From: Octopus vulgaris
Taxonomy: Eukaryota
Reading direction: 5' to 3'
Assembly (NCBI GenBank): GCA_951406725.2
Contig: OX597838.1
Span: forward strand, 36,518,001 to 36,582,000
DNA: 64,000 nucleotides
A program made the translations under genes and the position numbers. Below the pieces are notes generated by a model that had not been told where the DNA came from, did not search any database, and saw only the letters and a program-made list of their open reading frames with translations. Positions 62,576 through 64,000 of the stretch are shown here, one piece after another. How positions within the stretch are numbered: the first letter of the stretch is position 1; each line of letters opens with the position of its first letter.

Positions 62576-63584
62576 CTCCCTTGCACATTCTAACATGTTT
62601 GTTCACAGTTCTTTCATTGTTGCTGTTCACTTCATGTTTTGATATTTCAATATTGTACAATATATTGGTGTACAAATATATTATATGCATTCCCTTTGTC
62701 TATTGCTACATCACAGTGCATTAAAGATTGCTGCACACCATATTGTATTGCCTCGACATTGCATTGCATTGTAGTGTTGTCTTTGTCTGCCCTTGTGGCT
62801 TCGCAAAGTTATTATCCCTTTATCATTAGCTTTTGCTCAAACAACAAAATAGCAGCCGATCGACTACAAGAAGAACAATGAAAATATTAAGGTAAAAAAT
62901 AAAGAAATTAATCACACAGACATGCGTTCAAAATATAAACAAATGAAACAACCACCACCATTGCAACAAGGATATCAATGAAGAAGCAAAAATGTAGAAC
63001 TCATTTAGACAAAGGATTGTCATCACATCAAGCCACTTTGCATTTCGAAGGCAGCACAAGCCCGTTGTCTTTTCTCTTTTGTTTTAAATTCCTTTCAACA
63101 TCTCAATAGGTTCAATTAGTGGCGGATACTGAGATGCTGGAATTCTGTGTCGATTCTGTAGATCTTTTGTGCCATGTTCTGCATGGGAAACAATTGAATG
63201 GAGGAGGGACGGATGGATGGTCGAACAGACAGGACTGACAAACAGATGGACGAGCGGTCTGGTGACCGGACACACATGCATTTCCTTTTTGCATATGTGA
63301 ACATACACACACATATATGCACAAGCACACATGCACATACACACACATATATGCACAAACACACATGCACATACACACACACGTGCACACAAATTCATGC
63401 ACACACATACACACAAACATATTTTTAAAAATTAAAACACCTGGCTGTGGGTGAAATAATAAGGTAAACATTTTTCTATGCCATGTGTGTATATACGTGT
63501 GTGTGTATGTGCATAAGTATATATATATATATATATGTGCATGTGTGTGTGTGTATATACACACACACACACACACACACACGC

Positions 63585-63617
<33 letters not shown>

Positions 63618-63869
63618 TGAGTACATATTTGATGATGGGTTGCAATCGTCCCAAACAACTGCAGCCCCTATTAGCATATATGTATACATTTATGTGCTTT
63701 TCCTACAGCATTAAGAGCATTTTTGCTCTTATTTCTAGCAATGTAGATGCCTTGACACCCTTAATCATGTTTAGTGATGATTGTATTTTTCCTTTATGTA
63801 TCACGTTGTGTCTTCCTGTTTATATTCATTTATATAAATATATATATATCAAATTGAGTGATATATTTA

Positions 63870-64000
63870 CTTCTTTATTGCCCACAAGGGGCTGAATAAA
63901 CATAGAGGGGACAAACAAGGACAAAGGCATTACGTCGATTACATGGACCCCATTGCATAACTGGTACTTATTTAAATGACTCCGAAAGGATGAAAGGCAA
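63870..64000 (-). mobile_element. SINE family B 3' part (runs off the window)
   Basis: ttctttattgcccacaagggg..gaaaggatgaaaggcaa. Confidence 0.85.

Overview
Eukaryotic, repeat-saturated DNA with no intact protein-coding gene that I can support. The mix of tRNA-derived SINE families and dense (TA)n/(CA)n/(TATC)n microsatellites looks like an octopus/coleoid cephalopod intron or intergenic region (inference from recall, not a database hit). Nearly all ORFs in the supplied track are microsatellite or SINE translations. Real coding remnants are all decayed: a hAT transposase C-terminus (139-345), a Tx1/L1-like LINE with ORF1 zinc knuckle, APE and RT pieces (14024-16607), a split Tc1 transposase (18140-20630) enclosing a C2H2 zinc-finger pseudogene fragment and a tandem array of RTE 3' ends, and an old RT remnant (48750-49690). 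Other elements include four non-autonomous Helitron types (one a head-to-tail trimer), hAT-type MITEs, a 28S rRNA fragment patched into a SINE, and two inverted duplications. The most notable signal is up to nine minimal type-I hammerhead-ribozyme-like motifs (best at 46901-46960; five within 53.3-56 kb), carried by short non-coding elements in (AT)n tracts, suggesting Penelope-like/retrozyme-like non-autonomous retroelements. There is also a visible CpG-rich to CpG-depleted transition near 16.6-17 kb and a possible promoter plus first exon at 5.3-5.75 kb.
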